Assembly (NCBI RefSeq): GCF_001194135.2
Contig: NC_069005.1
Coordinates: 1,066,059 to 1,101,466, forward strand
Direction: 5' to 3'
Length of the DNA: 35,408 bases
Origin: Octopus bimaculoides
Taxonomy: Eukaryota
The notes beneath the pieces were generated by a model. The model worked only from the letters and a program-made list of their open reading frames with translations. It had not been told where the DNA came from and did not search any database. A program made the position numbers and the translations under genes. Positions 22,463 through 35,233 of the stretch are shown here, in pieces (within the stretch, counting starts at the first letter, position 1; each line of letters begins with the position of its first letter).

Positions 22463-23767
22463 GTGTGCGTGTGTGTGTATTGAAAAAAGAAGGTAGTCAG
22501 GATTTGGATGAAAACCATTTTCGATTCATCCTTCAGGATGAATCTCCAAAAGAGATGAAAGCACTAAATAAGTAGTTTTTATCCAAATCCTGACTGCCTT
22601 TTTTTCTTTATATATAAAATCTGTCTACCACATCAGTCTACACACACACAGGCACTTAAAGTGAACCCCTCAAAGAGTACCCACTTCTTGATGCTCTAGA
22701 GTACCAGACTAAATCATCAGGACTAGCTTTAACCTCAACCAAAAGCTGAAAGGGAGACACACCACATACCAGAAAAGGACCTACACCATTAGGCCAGCCG
22801 TAAACTCGAGGGACAACGATAACACTAATATAAAAAACAGCCTCAATTGGACTCGTTTCTTATTTCATAGCACATTAATCAAAGATTAAACTTCTACAAT
22901 CTAAGAGCAGGAAATCAGTACAGAATAACAAATGAAAGAAAAAGTGAAGCTCTTAACACGTTGATTATGTTATATTTCTGGAGAATATATTACACTCCAC
23001 ATGGAATAAAGTAGGGAAACTGTGCTCAACAATAAAAATCCAGATTATACATACATATATATATATATATGAATGTATCATACGCTAATATCGAACAGAA
23101 TAAGTGCTTAACATTTCCAGGTGGCATGCTTGAACAATTGTGAAGATATTTTCACATGAAGCCGTTGGTTGCCTTGTTAACCTACAAATAAAATATGCAG
23201 GTGTGTGTGTGTATGTATATATATATATATCATGGATACTGGTTATATTAGTCAGACTGGTGTTCTCTCGTCTTCATTGTTGATTTCCCTCTGTTTCAGC
23301 TGTTGTCCACTTCAGCCTTCTTCGGGTGTCTCTCACGTTGAACTCGGTCGTCTTATCAGAACTTCAAACCTACCCTTTTATTTGATCGCAAGAGGATACA
23401 TTGTTCTCATTTTGCCGTCTGTATTTCATGGAATTTTTTGCTATGGGCATAGTGTAATAGATAAAGACATTGGTTAATAACAGTGCAGTCACAAACAGGT
23501 TCTGAGTTCAATCTCAGGCAAGGCACTAAGGTAATTCACAAAAAAAAAAAAATCAAATCAAGTAAAAAATGTCACAAAACACAAACAGCAGAATGAAAAC
23601 AGGATACCCCCAAGAATCAAATAAAGGGTTAGATTTGAAATTCTGAGACAAGAACCAAGTTCAGCGCAAGACACCTGAAGAACGCTGAAGTGTACAACAG
23701 CCAAAACATAATGAAATCAACAATCAAAATGAGAAGGACACCAGTCAAATTAACGTAAACAGGAGAC

Positions 23768-24480
23768 ATCATCATCATCATCATCAGTTAATGTCTGCTT
23801 TCCATGCTGGCATGGGTTGGATGGTTCGACAGGAGCTGGCCAGACAGAGGACTGCACTAGACTTCTGTGTCTGTTTTGGCATGATTTTTATGGCTGGAGG
23901 CCCTTCCTAACACCAGCCACTCTACAGAGTGGGCTAAAAATTGCTAACAGACTTCAGAGGGATGTTAGCGATCTTTAGTCCACTCTGCTGGGAGGTTGGT
24001 GTGTTAGCAGACGTAATACAAATTCCACATTTCACAAATATAGAATTGTATGTATGTATGTATGTGTGTGTGCATGTGTGTATCTATATGTGTGTGTGTG
24101 AATGTATCAAATCATCAGGAATCAGACAGAATTCAATGAGGCAGATTTTTTACAGCCAGATGCCCTTCCTGTCACCAACACTTACCTGTTTCCAGGCCAG
24201 ACATTTTACACTGAAGATGATATGACAGAAATGCTCGTTTGCAACTTATTGTGCCATGTCAAGAGAAGGAGACACTAACGCCCACCCACACACAAATATA
24301 TTCACATTATATATATACATACACCCCACACACACACAAAACAGGCTTTTGGTTTTCATCTACAAAATCCACTCATAAGGCTTTGGTTGATCAAGAATTA
24401 AAGGCCCTTGCTCAAGGTCCTGCACAGTGGGACTGAACCGCAAACCATGGGGTTGGCAAGCAAACTTCTTAACCACATCC
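23768..24480 (-). mobile_element. RTE-type 3' end (23768-23940) and family A SINE (24110-24480)
   Basis: (ATC)n-GTTAATGTCTGCTTTCCATGCTGGCATGGGTTGG; the SINE head CAAACTTCTTAACCAC lies near 24460. Confidence 0.72.
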
Positions 24481-25859
24481 TTGAGTTCCATAAATTCTTC
24501 TTTCACAAAAGTCTCTTACCCATCAACCGGATGTGATGTTTTCAAACCTGCAGAGCAAACGAGCCAAAATTACATACCCTTTCCATTTAGCCATATGTAG
24601 TGACCCCTACAACATGAAACCATTCAGTAACTTGAATTGGCTGTTATGAAATTAGATTAACAAATTTATAATACTATATTATATATATACATCAGGGTTT
24701 ACAGGTATAAATGTTGACCCCTACACACACACACATAATGTTTTTATATCCATATGAATGTGTATTAATATACACACAAGTGTGTGTGTGTGTGTTGCCA
24801 AAACGCTGCAATCAACTCTATCCTATATCTCTCTAACCATCGATCTCCAATCCCTCACAGCCGGGGGGGGGAGCGAAAGACACCAACAATTTGATCTGAT
24901 CGTATTAAAGGAACCTTGGAGTTTCACGTACGGCACGTGGTCTAACATCGTCACGAAGTAGTAGTAGTAGCAGCAGTAGCAGCAGCAGATTGCACACACA
25001 CACACACACACACACACATTACATGCATGTACTCAGGCATATATTTCAAACACATACACACATACATTACATGCATAGATACATTCATTTATGGCATAAA
25101 CACGTACATCACAGACATACACATTATTTATATTACACACATTATTTATATTACACACACACACACACACACAAGTTGTAAGGCATAATAACGATATTTC
25201 CTCTCTGACATCCAAATATTTGCTGTTTATTAAATTAAACATGGAATCTCATGGATTTAATTAACATTTTCGTAATGTATTACGAATCATCTACTTTTTT
25301 TTTAATATTTAATAATGATAATAATAATAATTAATAATTAATGTAGCTCTTAGTGTGGGCAGCCACTGACCGCTGAAGACGCCTTGCCAACCCAGGTCCC
25401 TAATCATGGTTCGTATGTGTGTGTGTGTATGTGTGTATATATATGTGTGTGTGTATATATGTGTGTGTGTGTGTGTGTTTATACTGGACTAATACGGATA
25501 TGATGTGTTTCTGCTTACGCAGTAAAAATGTATACAAGACCCAATAAATATATCTACGTTATATAAAGTGACGATGCGGTTTAGTGGTGTATATAGAGTG
25601 GTGTGTGTGTTCAGTGTTAGATTTTACATGCAGTGTTATAAATTAATGGAAATGCTCGTGTTTTTCCGTGTGCTGTAGTGGTCGATGATGGTATATTTTG
25701 AAATGATGAAAGATGGTGTGTGTACATATGTATGTAGCTATACATGTTCTGTATATGTTTGCATGTATGTATATACATGGTGGGCGGTGTAAACATACAT
25801 ATGCGCCAATGTATATGTATGTGTGTATATGTATATACATGTTCAACCGTGAATGCGAG

Positions 25860-25895
<36 letters not shown>

Positions 25896-27342
25896 NNNNN
25901 NNNNNNNNNNNNNNNNNNNNNNNNNNNNNNNNNNNNNNNNNNNNNNNNNNNNNNNNNNNNNNNNNNNNNNNNNNNNNNNNNNNNNNNNNNNNNNNNNNNN
26001 NNNNNNNNNNNNNNNNNNNNNNNNNNNNNNNNNNNNNNNNNNNNNNNNNNNNNNNNNNNNNNNNNNNNNNNNNNNNNNNNNNNNNNNNNNNNNNNNNNNN
26101 NNNNNNNNNNNNNNNNNNNNNNNNNNNNNNNNNNNNNNNNNNNNNNNNNNNNNNNNNNNNNNNNNNNNNNNNNNNNNNNNNNNNNNNNNNNNNNNNNNNN
26201 NNNNNNNNNNNNNNNNNNNNNNNNNNNNNNNNNNNNNNNNNNNNNNNNNNNNNNNNNNNNNNNNNNNNNNNNNNNNNNNNNNNNNNNNNNNNNNNNNNNN
26301 NNNNNNNNNNNNNNNNNNNNNNNNNNNNNNNNNNNNNNNNNNNNNNNNNNNNNNNNNNNNNNNNNNNNNNNNNNNNNNNNNNNNNNNNNNNNNNNNNNNN
26401 NNNNNNNNNNNNNNNNNNNNNNNNNNNNNNNNNNNNNNNNNNNNNNNNNNNNNNNNNNNNNNNNNNNNNNNNNNNNNNNNNNNNNNNNNNNNNNNNNNNN
26501 NNNNNNNNNNNNNNNNNNNNNNNNNNNNNNNNNNNNNNNNNNNNNNNNNNNNNNNNNNNNNNNNNNNNNNNNNNNNNNNNNNNNNNNNNNNNNNNNNNNN
26601 NNNNNNNNNNNNNNNNNNNNNNNNNNNNNNNNNNNNNNNNNNNNNNNNNNNNNNNNNNNNNNNNNNNNNNNNNNNNNNNNNNNNNNNNNNNNNNNNNNNN
26701 NNNNNNNNNNNNNNNNNNNNNNNNNNNNNNNNNNNNNNNNNNNNNNNNNNNNNNNNNNNNNNNNNNNNNNNNNNNNNNNNNNNNNNNNNNNNNNNNNNNG
26801 TAAAACAGATTCCACATCTCAGGATTATACACCTCCATTAACAGTTGTCAATTTATATATACACCAACAAAATATGTTTTTTTTTTATTTTTTTTTTAGA
26901 AATACGAGAGAATGAGGAATATTTACAACATCTGCAAAATCAAATCAAATTTGTCGAAAAAAGTCTCCTGGTTGCTTTTATTTTTTTTAATGTTTTCAAA
27001 TTGAAACTTCAAGTTTGCGTGTATGTGTGTGTGTGCGTATATATGCGTGTGTTTATATGTATGCCTGTTATACTTGTATACCTGATAGATAGATAGATAG
27101 ATAGAGATTATACAGATACATTATACATACATAGACATACACATAAAATACAAAGATGTGTAGATATATACCTATATAAATTATATAAGTGGAGGGGGTG
27201 TATGCGTGTGTGTGTATGTATATACACGCACACATTTTGGTTGTGTGTGTACAAATGCATGTGTGTGTGTGTGTCTGAAATAATTTTCGATAGAATGGTG
27301 TGGTGTGTGTGTGTGTCTACAACATAAACAAAAATGACAAAC

Positions 27343-28378
27343 CTGTAGTTGGTGTGGGTGAGACTGGCGCACGTGACTGTGAAGGGCAACAGGCCCCTGG
27401 CTGAGAGGAGGGGCCGTTGTCAGGGAGTAGTACCGTTGTTGTAGGAGCCATCCCTAAGACGGGTGACGGGGAAGTTGTCGACCCGACACAGCTTGGGGGG
27501 CCCGGCGGCGATGGCGTGGTGGAAGATGGACAAGACGACGATGACGAGGTCGACGACGAGAGGGAGATGCTGTTGTTGTTGTTGTTACTGCTGCTGCTGT
27601 TAATGCCGGTGGTGATGGAGTTAGTGATTGTGGTGGTAGTGGTAATAGCAGCACCGTTGTAACTACGGGTGGTGGTGGTGGTGTTGCTGATGTGGTTGGA
27701 TGAAGAAGAAGACGAGATGAGTGGAGAAGAGTCGATCTGCTGCTGCTGCTGCTGCTGGAGATGATGCTGATGATGATGATGGTGATGTGGATGATGGTGA
27801 TGATGATGATGACGACGATGATGTTGGTGTGTAGCAGTAGTCGATACTACAGAAGGAGAAAAGGAATGAGGAGCAGTCGACGACGTACACCGCAGTGGGA
27901 GGGAGCAGAGAGTTGGAGGGCGAACGGCGGCAGCGGTGGCACCAGTAGTAGTAGTAGTAGTGGTGGTGGTGGTGGTGGTGGTGGTACCACCACTACCATC
28001 ACCACCTTCATTATTAGCAGTAGCAGTAGTAATAATAGCAGTACCAGTTATACTAACAGCAGTGGTGGGCATTGTCGGGTTCTCACCGTCTAAACCGTTG
28101 ATACCATTAGCAACGGGGTTCGAACCCGCCTTACAACGTATGGCAAGAGTGGATCCAGTGACGATGTCAGTGGCCACTGTTGGCTCTCCGAGTATCTGCT
28201 GCTGCTCATTTTCTTCGTAATGGTGATTATCATTATTACTGTTATTATTGTTATTAACATTGATATTATTATTATTGTTGTTGTTGTTGTTGTGTTGATA
28301 GTGGTGGTGGTGGTGGTGATGTTGCGGTGTCGATGGTAAAACGCTGACCAAGCCCCCTGCACTCTTCTTGTGTTCCAT
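27343..28378 (-). CDS. E78: E78 coding exon 1: 345-aa low-complexity A/B domain (poly-His, Asn, Thr, Gln, Ser)
   Basis: GC-rich 1062-nt stop-free ORF. ATG at 28378 has an in-frame TGA 11 codons upstream. Acceptor-like TTTTTGCTATCGTTGCAG ends at 28430. Donor ACAG|GTTTGT at 27343/27342 is phase 1, matching the phase-1 acceptor of exon 2. No homology evidence for this part. Confidence 0.72.
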
Positions 28379-29413
28379 ACCCGTATCCAGAGAAGTTGTA
28401 AGCCGGCTGTCCGTCCGTCAGCAGTTTAACTGCAACGATAGCAAAAAGATAGCAACCATTGGAAGATAAACAATTGGCAACTTGTGAACGACAAAAAACA
28501 ACGTTAGCAACAATGACAATATCAACAACAACACACACACACACACTATGACCACACTGTTACACTCCACCCTCCCACATACATTGATAACAATAGCAAC
28601 AGCGGCCTTCGATGTAAAGAAGAAAAAAAATGGTCAGAACATCGATAGCAACATTGAACATGATAGCTGTTGCTAAAAAGAGCTGTCATCTGCAATTGCA
28701 ACATTAACTATAAACCGTGAAAATAGCGTTTGGAGCTCGTACTAGCAACAATGGCTGTAGCTGAGTTTAGCAAAAATTGTTGGAAAACTACGTTAACATG
28801 AATCGTGGTACATGAGTGTTTCATGGCTGAAGAAGTGACATCTCTCTATATATTCCCCCCNNNNNNNNNNACCACTGATGGAAATAGAGATAAGAGAGAC
28901 GGAGCCAACAAAAGGTGGACTCTCTACGTTGTTATGAAATACCAGCCAAGGCTCCCTCAAGTTACAACCATCTTATTAGACGATGATAGATCGAATTTAA
29001 TGCAAGGCCGTTGAAAGATATTGCTGTAAAAAGTCTGAATTGTCAAGGCTGGAAAGAAAAATGTCTTTCATTGATCAGAAGGCTGTATATACACGCTGAA
29101 CCGGCTTAGGGTTAAACAACAACAGAAATAAGAAATAAGTGATGGAAATTTATATTGTTTTGATGTGAATGAAGATTTTTAAAAAAAGCACAACAGAAGC
29201 TGAAAGAACAATAAAATTAAAACTGAGAAAAACAAAAGATGAAAATAACATTGGAGATATTTTTAAATGATTTCATTTAATTTTAATTTCTTCTTTCAGG
29301 AGTTTTTTTTTTAATGAGGGGAGGGGCGTGAAGGGAAGACAGTTCCCCACCCACTGAATTTTGTTTGAGAAGTGAGTGAAATATTGACAACAAAATGGCT
29401 CCATCTAAAAGCA

Positions 29414-29471
<58 letters not shown>

Positions 29472-29707
29472 TCACACATACATATATGTATGCATATATG
29501 TATGTATGTATGTATATATGTTGGCACAATCCTCTGGCTTGTCAATTCTTGTCAAGCCATCTAACCCATGCCAGCATGGAAAAACGGATGTTAAACATAT
29601 GTATATCTATTTATAAGTGTGTTTTGGCCTGGTTGCCACAGCCGGATGTCCTTCCTAGTGTGAACCACTTTACAGAGTGTACAGGGTGTCTTTTTACATG
29701 GCATGTA

Positions 29708-29738
<31 letters not shown>

Positions 29739-30399
29739 ATCTCCAAACCATATGGAAGGTGGATGTTAAACAATGATGATGATGATGATGATATATAGTT
29801 CAAATGAGGATATACAATCTAGAGTAAGATGTAATGTGACAGCCTGGCAAAGGCCCATGGCCTAGAGTCGTGGGTTCAATTTCTGAGCCAGGAGGTACAT
29901 AATGTCCTTGAGCAAGATACTTCATTTCACACAGCTCCTGTATACAAACTCAGCTGGAAATGAATAACAGCCAAGTGTCAGGTGTGGCCATCTCTTCTTC
30001 CATTGATCGCATCCTGGATGTGCCACTGTGTCTGCTCATGACTACACAGACACCTAACACAATCAGTGAAAGCATGTTACCAAGCCAGACTCATTTGCAG
30101 ACGACAGCTGGCTGTAATGTAGTGGGATGGTTTGGTTACATTTTGTGAGGGAGTGTGTGCAGCATGCCAGACATGTGATAACTGAGGGAATGTCTACAGC
30201 AGTTATATCTGGACCAGGTCCAAAACCTAGATTACTTGGGCGGGGAGGAGGTCCCCAAAAAAGTAAAACAAATCAATTGAAGAAAAATTTATTTTATAGA
30301 GGGAAGACTATGAACAGCCACTGGAAGGATGCTTGAGGGTCCCTTACAGCCATGGGAACCATGATTAAGAGCCCCTGGTCTAAGGTGACAATCTTTTTA

Positions 30400-31400
30400 G
30401 TTGCTGGAGTCTAGAGGTGTTTACTGGTCCTCCTAGACCAGTGAGATTGATACCATTAAGGGTCTTCTGGAACCATTGCCAGTTCAACATCTGTAGGAAA
30501 GATACAGACAGGGAAAGAGTATTGGAGGGATGACATCCTAGGGAGAAAGGAATGGACTTAGTGGTTAGTTCAGAGCCTGGAATGGGTAGGGAGGATCAGT
30601 CAGACAAAATAAGGATAATGAGAGCGTGGACAAGTTGGATGGGAGTGCTTGAGTGTGGAGATGGAGTGGAGATGAGTTTGGCCAACTCTAAGGACTATAG
30701 TAGTAGTAGTAGTAGAAGAGGCCGAGAGATGGGGGACAGCATTGCCATGGAACAGAGAAGGGAGCAAATATGTTTGTGACTTCATGTCACTCAGCTGGGG
30801 AACCTTTTTTTACTAGATACAGCCTACAATGTTTGTGTGCAGTAGCAGCAGAACTGTACAACATGTGGGAGAAATACTGTGTTGTGGGCCCCAACTGAAC
30901 CTTGCAGAGAATTCGTTACTTTGGGACCTGAAATGATAATTGGCAGGGCCAAAGGGGCTCGTCTTTCACGGGAATGGGCCAGACTGTAGCATGTCTCTAA
31001 ACATCAGGACAGATCCTTACAGAGATGGACAAACTGAAGAACTTTGATGAGTACAGGGGGTGAAGTGTTTGAAGGTAGAAGAAGGGCATCATCAGGGAGA
31101 GTGATGCTGTTGGTCTGAATCTGGCCATATTGAGGTGGTGGTCAGGTGGGAGCATAACGTCAGGTGTAGGGGTCTGATTCTATGTGTAGGGATGGGTGGG
31201 GTATGACAAGCTGATCATATTGTGTGAAATTGTGGAGTCTAAGAGTTTAGTGACATGACACTCTTAACTTTTGTTAAAGCAAACTGTTTAAACATTTCAA
31301 ACCTTAAGCAACTGCATCACAGAATTTGGTGGCTGAGAACAATCTAGAAAGGATTGTCAGACAGCCTCGTGATTCCAGCAGACAAAATGGAAAAAGGTGA
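30400..31400 (-). mobile_element. Highly decayed CR1/L2-type LINE 3' region
   Basis: Minus-strand translation LCKVQLGPTTQYFSHML resembles LYKAQxRPxxEYCSHxW. Downstream remnants (GLFYYYY, TNH, SFLPRM) fit the same clade; many stops. Confidence 0.45.
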
Positions 31401-32224
31401 TATTGCGTGGGATTGTGCAGGATGAAAGGATGGCTGGGTTGTGCTTTGGTAAGTATAATGGTTTAGGCAGAGAATCTAGAGATTGATTTTCACACCAGAC
31501 ACAAATAGTGCAGTTCTAATGCAATGGAATGCAATATTTGGGATAATTAGTCAATGTCTGTCAGTTGAAGGGGGAATGTTAGTGAGTGAGTCAACACACT
31601 GGAGTGATTTCAATGTTTCCAGAATGGCAGTCAATACGGTTCTGGAATATTAGTTGAATATATGCTTCCTTTTCTTCTTCTTTGTTTTTAGTTCAAAACG
31701 TTTGGAGATATTATGGGGTATATTATGGAGATATTTATGGGGAATATACAGACAGTATTTTTAAAGCTACATTACTTCCTTAGTTCCTTTAGCTATGAGG
31801 AAGCAGTAGAAAATCATCTGATAATGTTATCAGAGACAGACTGGTACCACATTTAGCAAACACCAAAAAAACAAAAATAAATAAATAAAATAAAAATAAC
31901 AGAGTCCTGGTGTGGACCCACAATCTGCCCAACAAACCATAGTAAACTACAACGTCCATAAACACAGAGCGCTATGTGGATGGATGCAGACCACCCAGAC
32001 GATGCTCGAGGGTAAAGTATGGTGCTCCTGACCTCTGCGACCCAGTCCCCACCTTTACATGAAACATTGGCCCCACAAACACCCAAACACATCCACATCC
32101 CAGGACACAACAACATCCTAAAACTTCTACTTCATCTACTTGGTCTAGATATGCAGAAAAAGAAAACACAGACACACTAAAATAACTGCAACATTAAGGG
32201 CGTCGTTGCCTCAACAAGTCTTCA

Positions 32225-32590
32225 CAAGCAACGCATAAGTGGGCTAGTTACACCCCTGGCAGAGGCCACGGGTTATGGTCTCACTTGGCTTGTCAGGTCT
32301 TCTCAAGCACAGCATATTTCCAAATGTCTCGGTGAGGCCCAATGTTCGAAGGTCATGCTTCACCACCTCATCGCAGGTCTTCCTGGGTCTACCTCTTCCA
32401 CAGATTCCCTCAACTGCTAGGGTGTCACACTTTTTCTCACAGCTGTCCTCATCCATTCGCACCACATGTCCATACCAGCGCAGTCGTCCCTCTTGCACAC
32501 CACATCTGATGCTTCTTAGGTCTAACTTTTCTCTCAAGGTACTTATACTTTGTCATGTATGCACGCTGACATTACACATCCATCGGAGCT
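32225..32590 (-). mobile_element. RTE-clade LINE fragment (RT C-terminus)
   Basis: REKLDLRSIRCGVQEGRLRWYGHVVRMDEDSC…GRGRPRKTCDEVVKHDL. Confidence 0.85.
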
Positions 32591-32879
32591 GGCCGAATCT
32601 CCAGGAACACAAGAAAAGATTGGACAAAAGGGAGGAGAGGGGGGGGAGAGAGAGATTAACTTCAGGTCGTCACATTGTATTCCATGCAATTTATTGTATC
32701 ACTGTTAGATTTTACAGTGTTCTAATTAATCTTAAGGGGAGACCCCAGGAAGTCATGGGACGAAGCTGATCCCAAAATGCTGAGCCTTAGGAAGGAGATA
32801 AGAGAGGACTGAGATGTGTAATGCAGTGCTGTAGTGAAGAAGTCCTGCCCACCACAACAGAATTGAGATCCTAAAACTA

Positions 32880-34280
32880 AGGTGCCATATAAGAAGCACT
32901 GGTGTGGGCCAAAGTGTAAAGTGGTTGGTATTAGGAAGGATATCCAACTGCAGAAACCAGACCAAAACAGACTGTGGAAACTGGTGCAGCCCCAGGCCTT
33001 ACCAGTTCCTGTCAAGCCGTCCAACCCATGCCAGCATGGAAAACAGACGTTAAATGATGATGATGATGAAGATGATAAAGATGACAAGCTGCCAGGCATT
33101 CAACACTGTCGTCTTCTTTAAAGCTAGAAGTGAAATTTTTACCAAATGCAATATGTACGTTTTTGTTATTATGGTAAAACTTGCAGCCGACACGTCAGAC
33201 ATCTCAAAAATCATTAGAATGTTGATGAAACTATTTACCTTTTTTGTCATATTGAGCTGTCTGATTTCAAATGCTTCTAATGTCTTCTTTTCAAGTGAGT
33301 ACGTCCTTGCTCTGAAGCCACGTTTGATGTTTGTAGACTCATCATGTATTTCCTTCTCGAAGACACATAAATTCCAATACATGAGTTTCATCAGATGCTT
33401 GGTCTTGTAGACAAATTCCTTATTTGATTAATGGTGGAACCAACCCCCACAACAGGGCTTTTTACAATTCTTCAGTCATGAAAGAATTCATAACTATTTA
33501 CACCTGAAATATACCAAAACATGAATTATAATATCATACACAGAAAATTCTTTAATTCTTTTACTAGTTTTTTTCCAGCTCAAAAGCTGCGGCCATGCTG
33601 GGGTACAGCCTTGCTTTTATGTAGTTTTACTTCCTTTATTTTCATATCATATTTTGTATTCTTTATTTTGTGTGTGTATAAATATGTGTGTGAGGAAATG
33701 ACAGGACCAGGAGGAGTTGTGGTGATTTGCTGTACTTGAGAAGACACATCAAGCCAAGTAAAACCACTGCCATCCATACATACAGGCTTGTCCTTTACAG
33801 GTGCCAGTGCCACGTAAAATGCACTTGTGCCAGTGCTGTGTGAATGCACCTGAGTCGGTGGCACGTAAAAAGCACCCAGCCCACGCTGTAAAGTGGTTTG
33901 CATCAGGAAGGGCATGCAGCTGTAGAAACCATGGCACAACAGACAATTGGAGTTTGGACAGCTCCCTGGCTGGTCAGCTTCTGTCAACCTGTCCAACCCA
34001 TGTCAGCACGGAGAATGGACATTAAACAATGATGTGTGTGTGTGTGTGTGTGTGCTATCGTCATTGTTTAATACCCACTTTTCCATGCTTGCATAGATCA
34101 GATATAATTTGTTGAGGCAGTGTTTATACAACCGCATGCCCTTCCTGTCACCAACCCTCACCAGTTTCCTTCAGGGAAGATTGGAAACAAAGGAGACTGC
34201 TTACATGACGGTGATATTTATTTACAGCTATTACATGAAATCACGGCCAGGCAACAATAACACACATGCACACACACACA
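32880..34280. mobile_element. RTE-type 3' ends (+, 32880-33070 and 33735-34030) and a family A SINE 3' half (-, 34050-34280)
   Basis: Tail motifs CCAACCCATGCCAGCATGGAAAACAGACGTTAAATGATGAT and CCCTTCCTGTCACCAACCCTCACC. Confidence 0.72.
33100..33420 (-). mobile_element. Possible decayed Penelope-like GIY-YIG endonuclease fragment
   Basis: Minus frames give GRTHLKRRH*KHLKSDS and EKKTLEAFEIRQL, loosely like GxTxRxLxxRxxEH and RKIxEAxxI. Weak. Confidence 0.25.
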
Positions 34281-35177
34281 TGATTGGGTTGCTAGTGTCC
34301 CTGAGAGGAAGTTGAGAATACAGACGAGACAACAAAAGTTCCATGTACACCACTGAAACGGACTACAAAAATTTATGTTAAAGGGTTGGCACTTATAAAA
34401 AGGAAGGTCTGCAAGATTTTGCTGATAAAGATTGAAATCGTGAATGCAACAAAAATTACAAGAGGAGTTCGCAAGGAGCCCAGTTCCTCTGCTGGAGCTG
34501 TACAAAGAGATGATGCATCATGGACAACAACTTTGGATAAGTTCTTCACCCGTCGAACTGATGTTCGTGATAAATAAACTGTAAAATAGTAAACATTGTC
34601 CCTCGTCCTCCTAGTAACGTTCATTCCACCATCACCCCTCCCACAGTAGTCAATATCTTTTGTGGTAAGAACGGATTCTTACAATATTACCATTTTTATT
34701 AATTTCACAACTTATTCCTCTTGAAATGTTTTTGTGTTTTTTTTTTATGTATTCAGATTTTATCTGCGTATGTTCTTGTGAATCATTTGTTTATTTCCTC
34801 GAAAAAGTCCGTAGGAACGCAAACTCACCTCGATATTATGAAAATCGATAGAAAATAGGAAAAATTAATTTCGCGTTACGGCCAAATTTTCAGGAACGCA
34901 TTATTTCCGTAAAGCAAAGGATTCCTGCATATGTTGGCGTGTTGTGCATATATGCTTGCATGTATATACGCTTGTAAATGTGTGTATGTATATATATACA
35001 AACGCACGTACATACAGGCATATACACACGCACATACAGGCATATACACACACACACATACAGGCATATACATACACACACATATATATATAATAAACAC
35101 GGAAGTATGCACAGTTTATACACACACACAAATGCCTGTACCCAGTATATACACAATACACTCATACACACAAAAGC

Positions 35178-35191
35178 AAAGTTTTCAAAGA

Positions 35192-35233
<42 letters not shown>

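Larger units (their letters stand above)
1482..28378 (-). other. E78: Gene model: E78/Eip78C-like nuclear receptor (NR1 family), 8 coding exons, 729 aa predicted
   Basis: Two C4 zinc fingers with P-box CEGCKG, T-box SVRYGRVPKR, LBD signature (EFAKRLPGFADLSQDDQLILIK) and C-terminal AF-2-like PPLYAEIYD. All seven introns are GT-AG with matching phases (1,0,1,0,1,0,1). Exon lengths sum to 2190 nt. Confidence 0.9.
1101..28870. other. Assembly gaps: 1101-1110, 2571-2580, 3435-3518, 13674-14379, 15497-15605, 25896-26799, 28861-28870
   Basis: Runs of N. Four gaps lie in or upstream of intron 1, so additional small exons cannot be excluded. Confidence 0.99.

Noticed and set aside
13409-26841. Long ORFs made mostly of X (13409-14517, 25643-26841)
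   Set aside because: Produced by N runs.
27417-28220. Plus-strand ORFs opposite exon 1
   Set aside because: Antisense shadows of GC-rich triplet-repeat coding sequence, with no domain content.
31950-32170. Possible Penelope GIY-YIG remnant on the plus strand (…FIYLV*ICRK)
   Set aside because: The similarity is too weak to call without a profile search.
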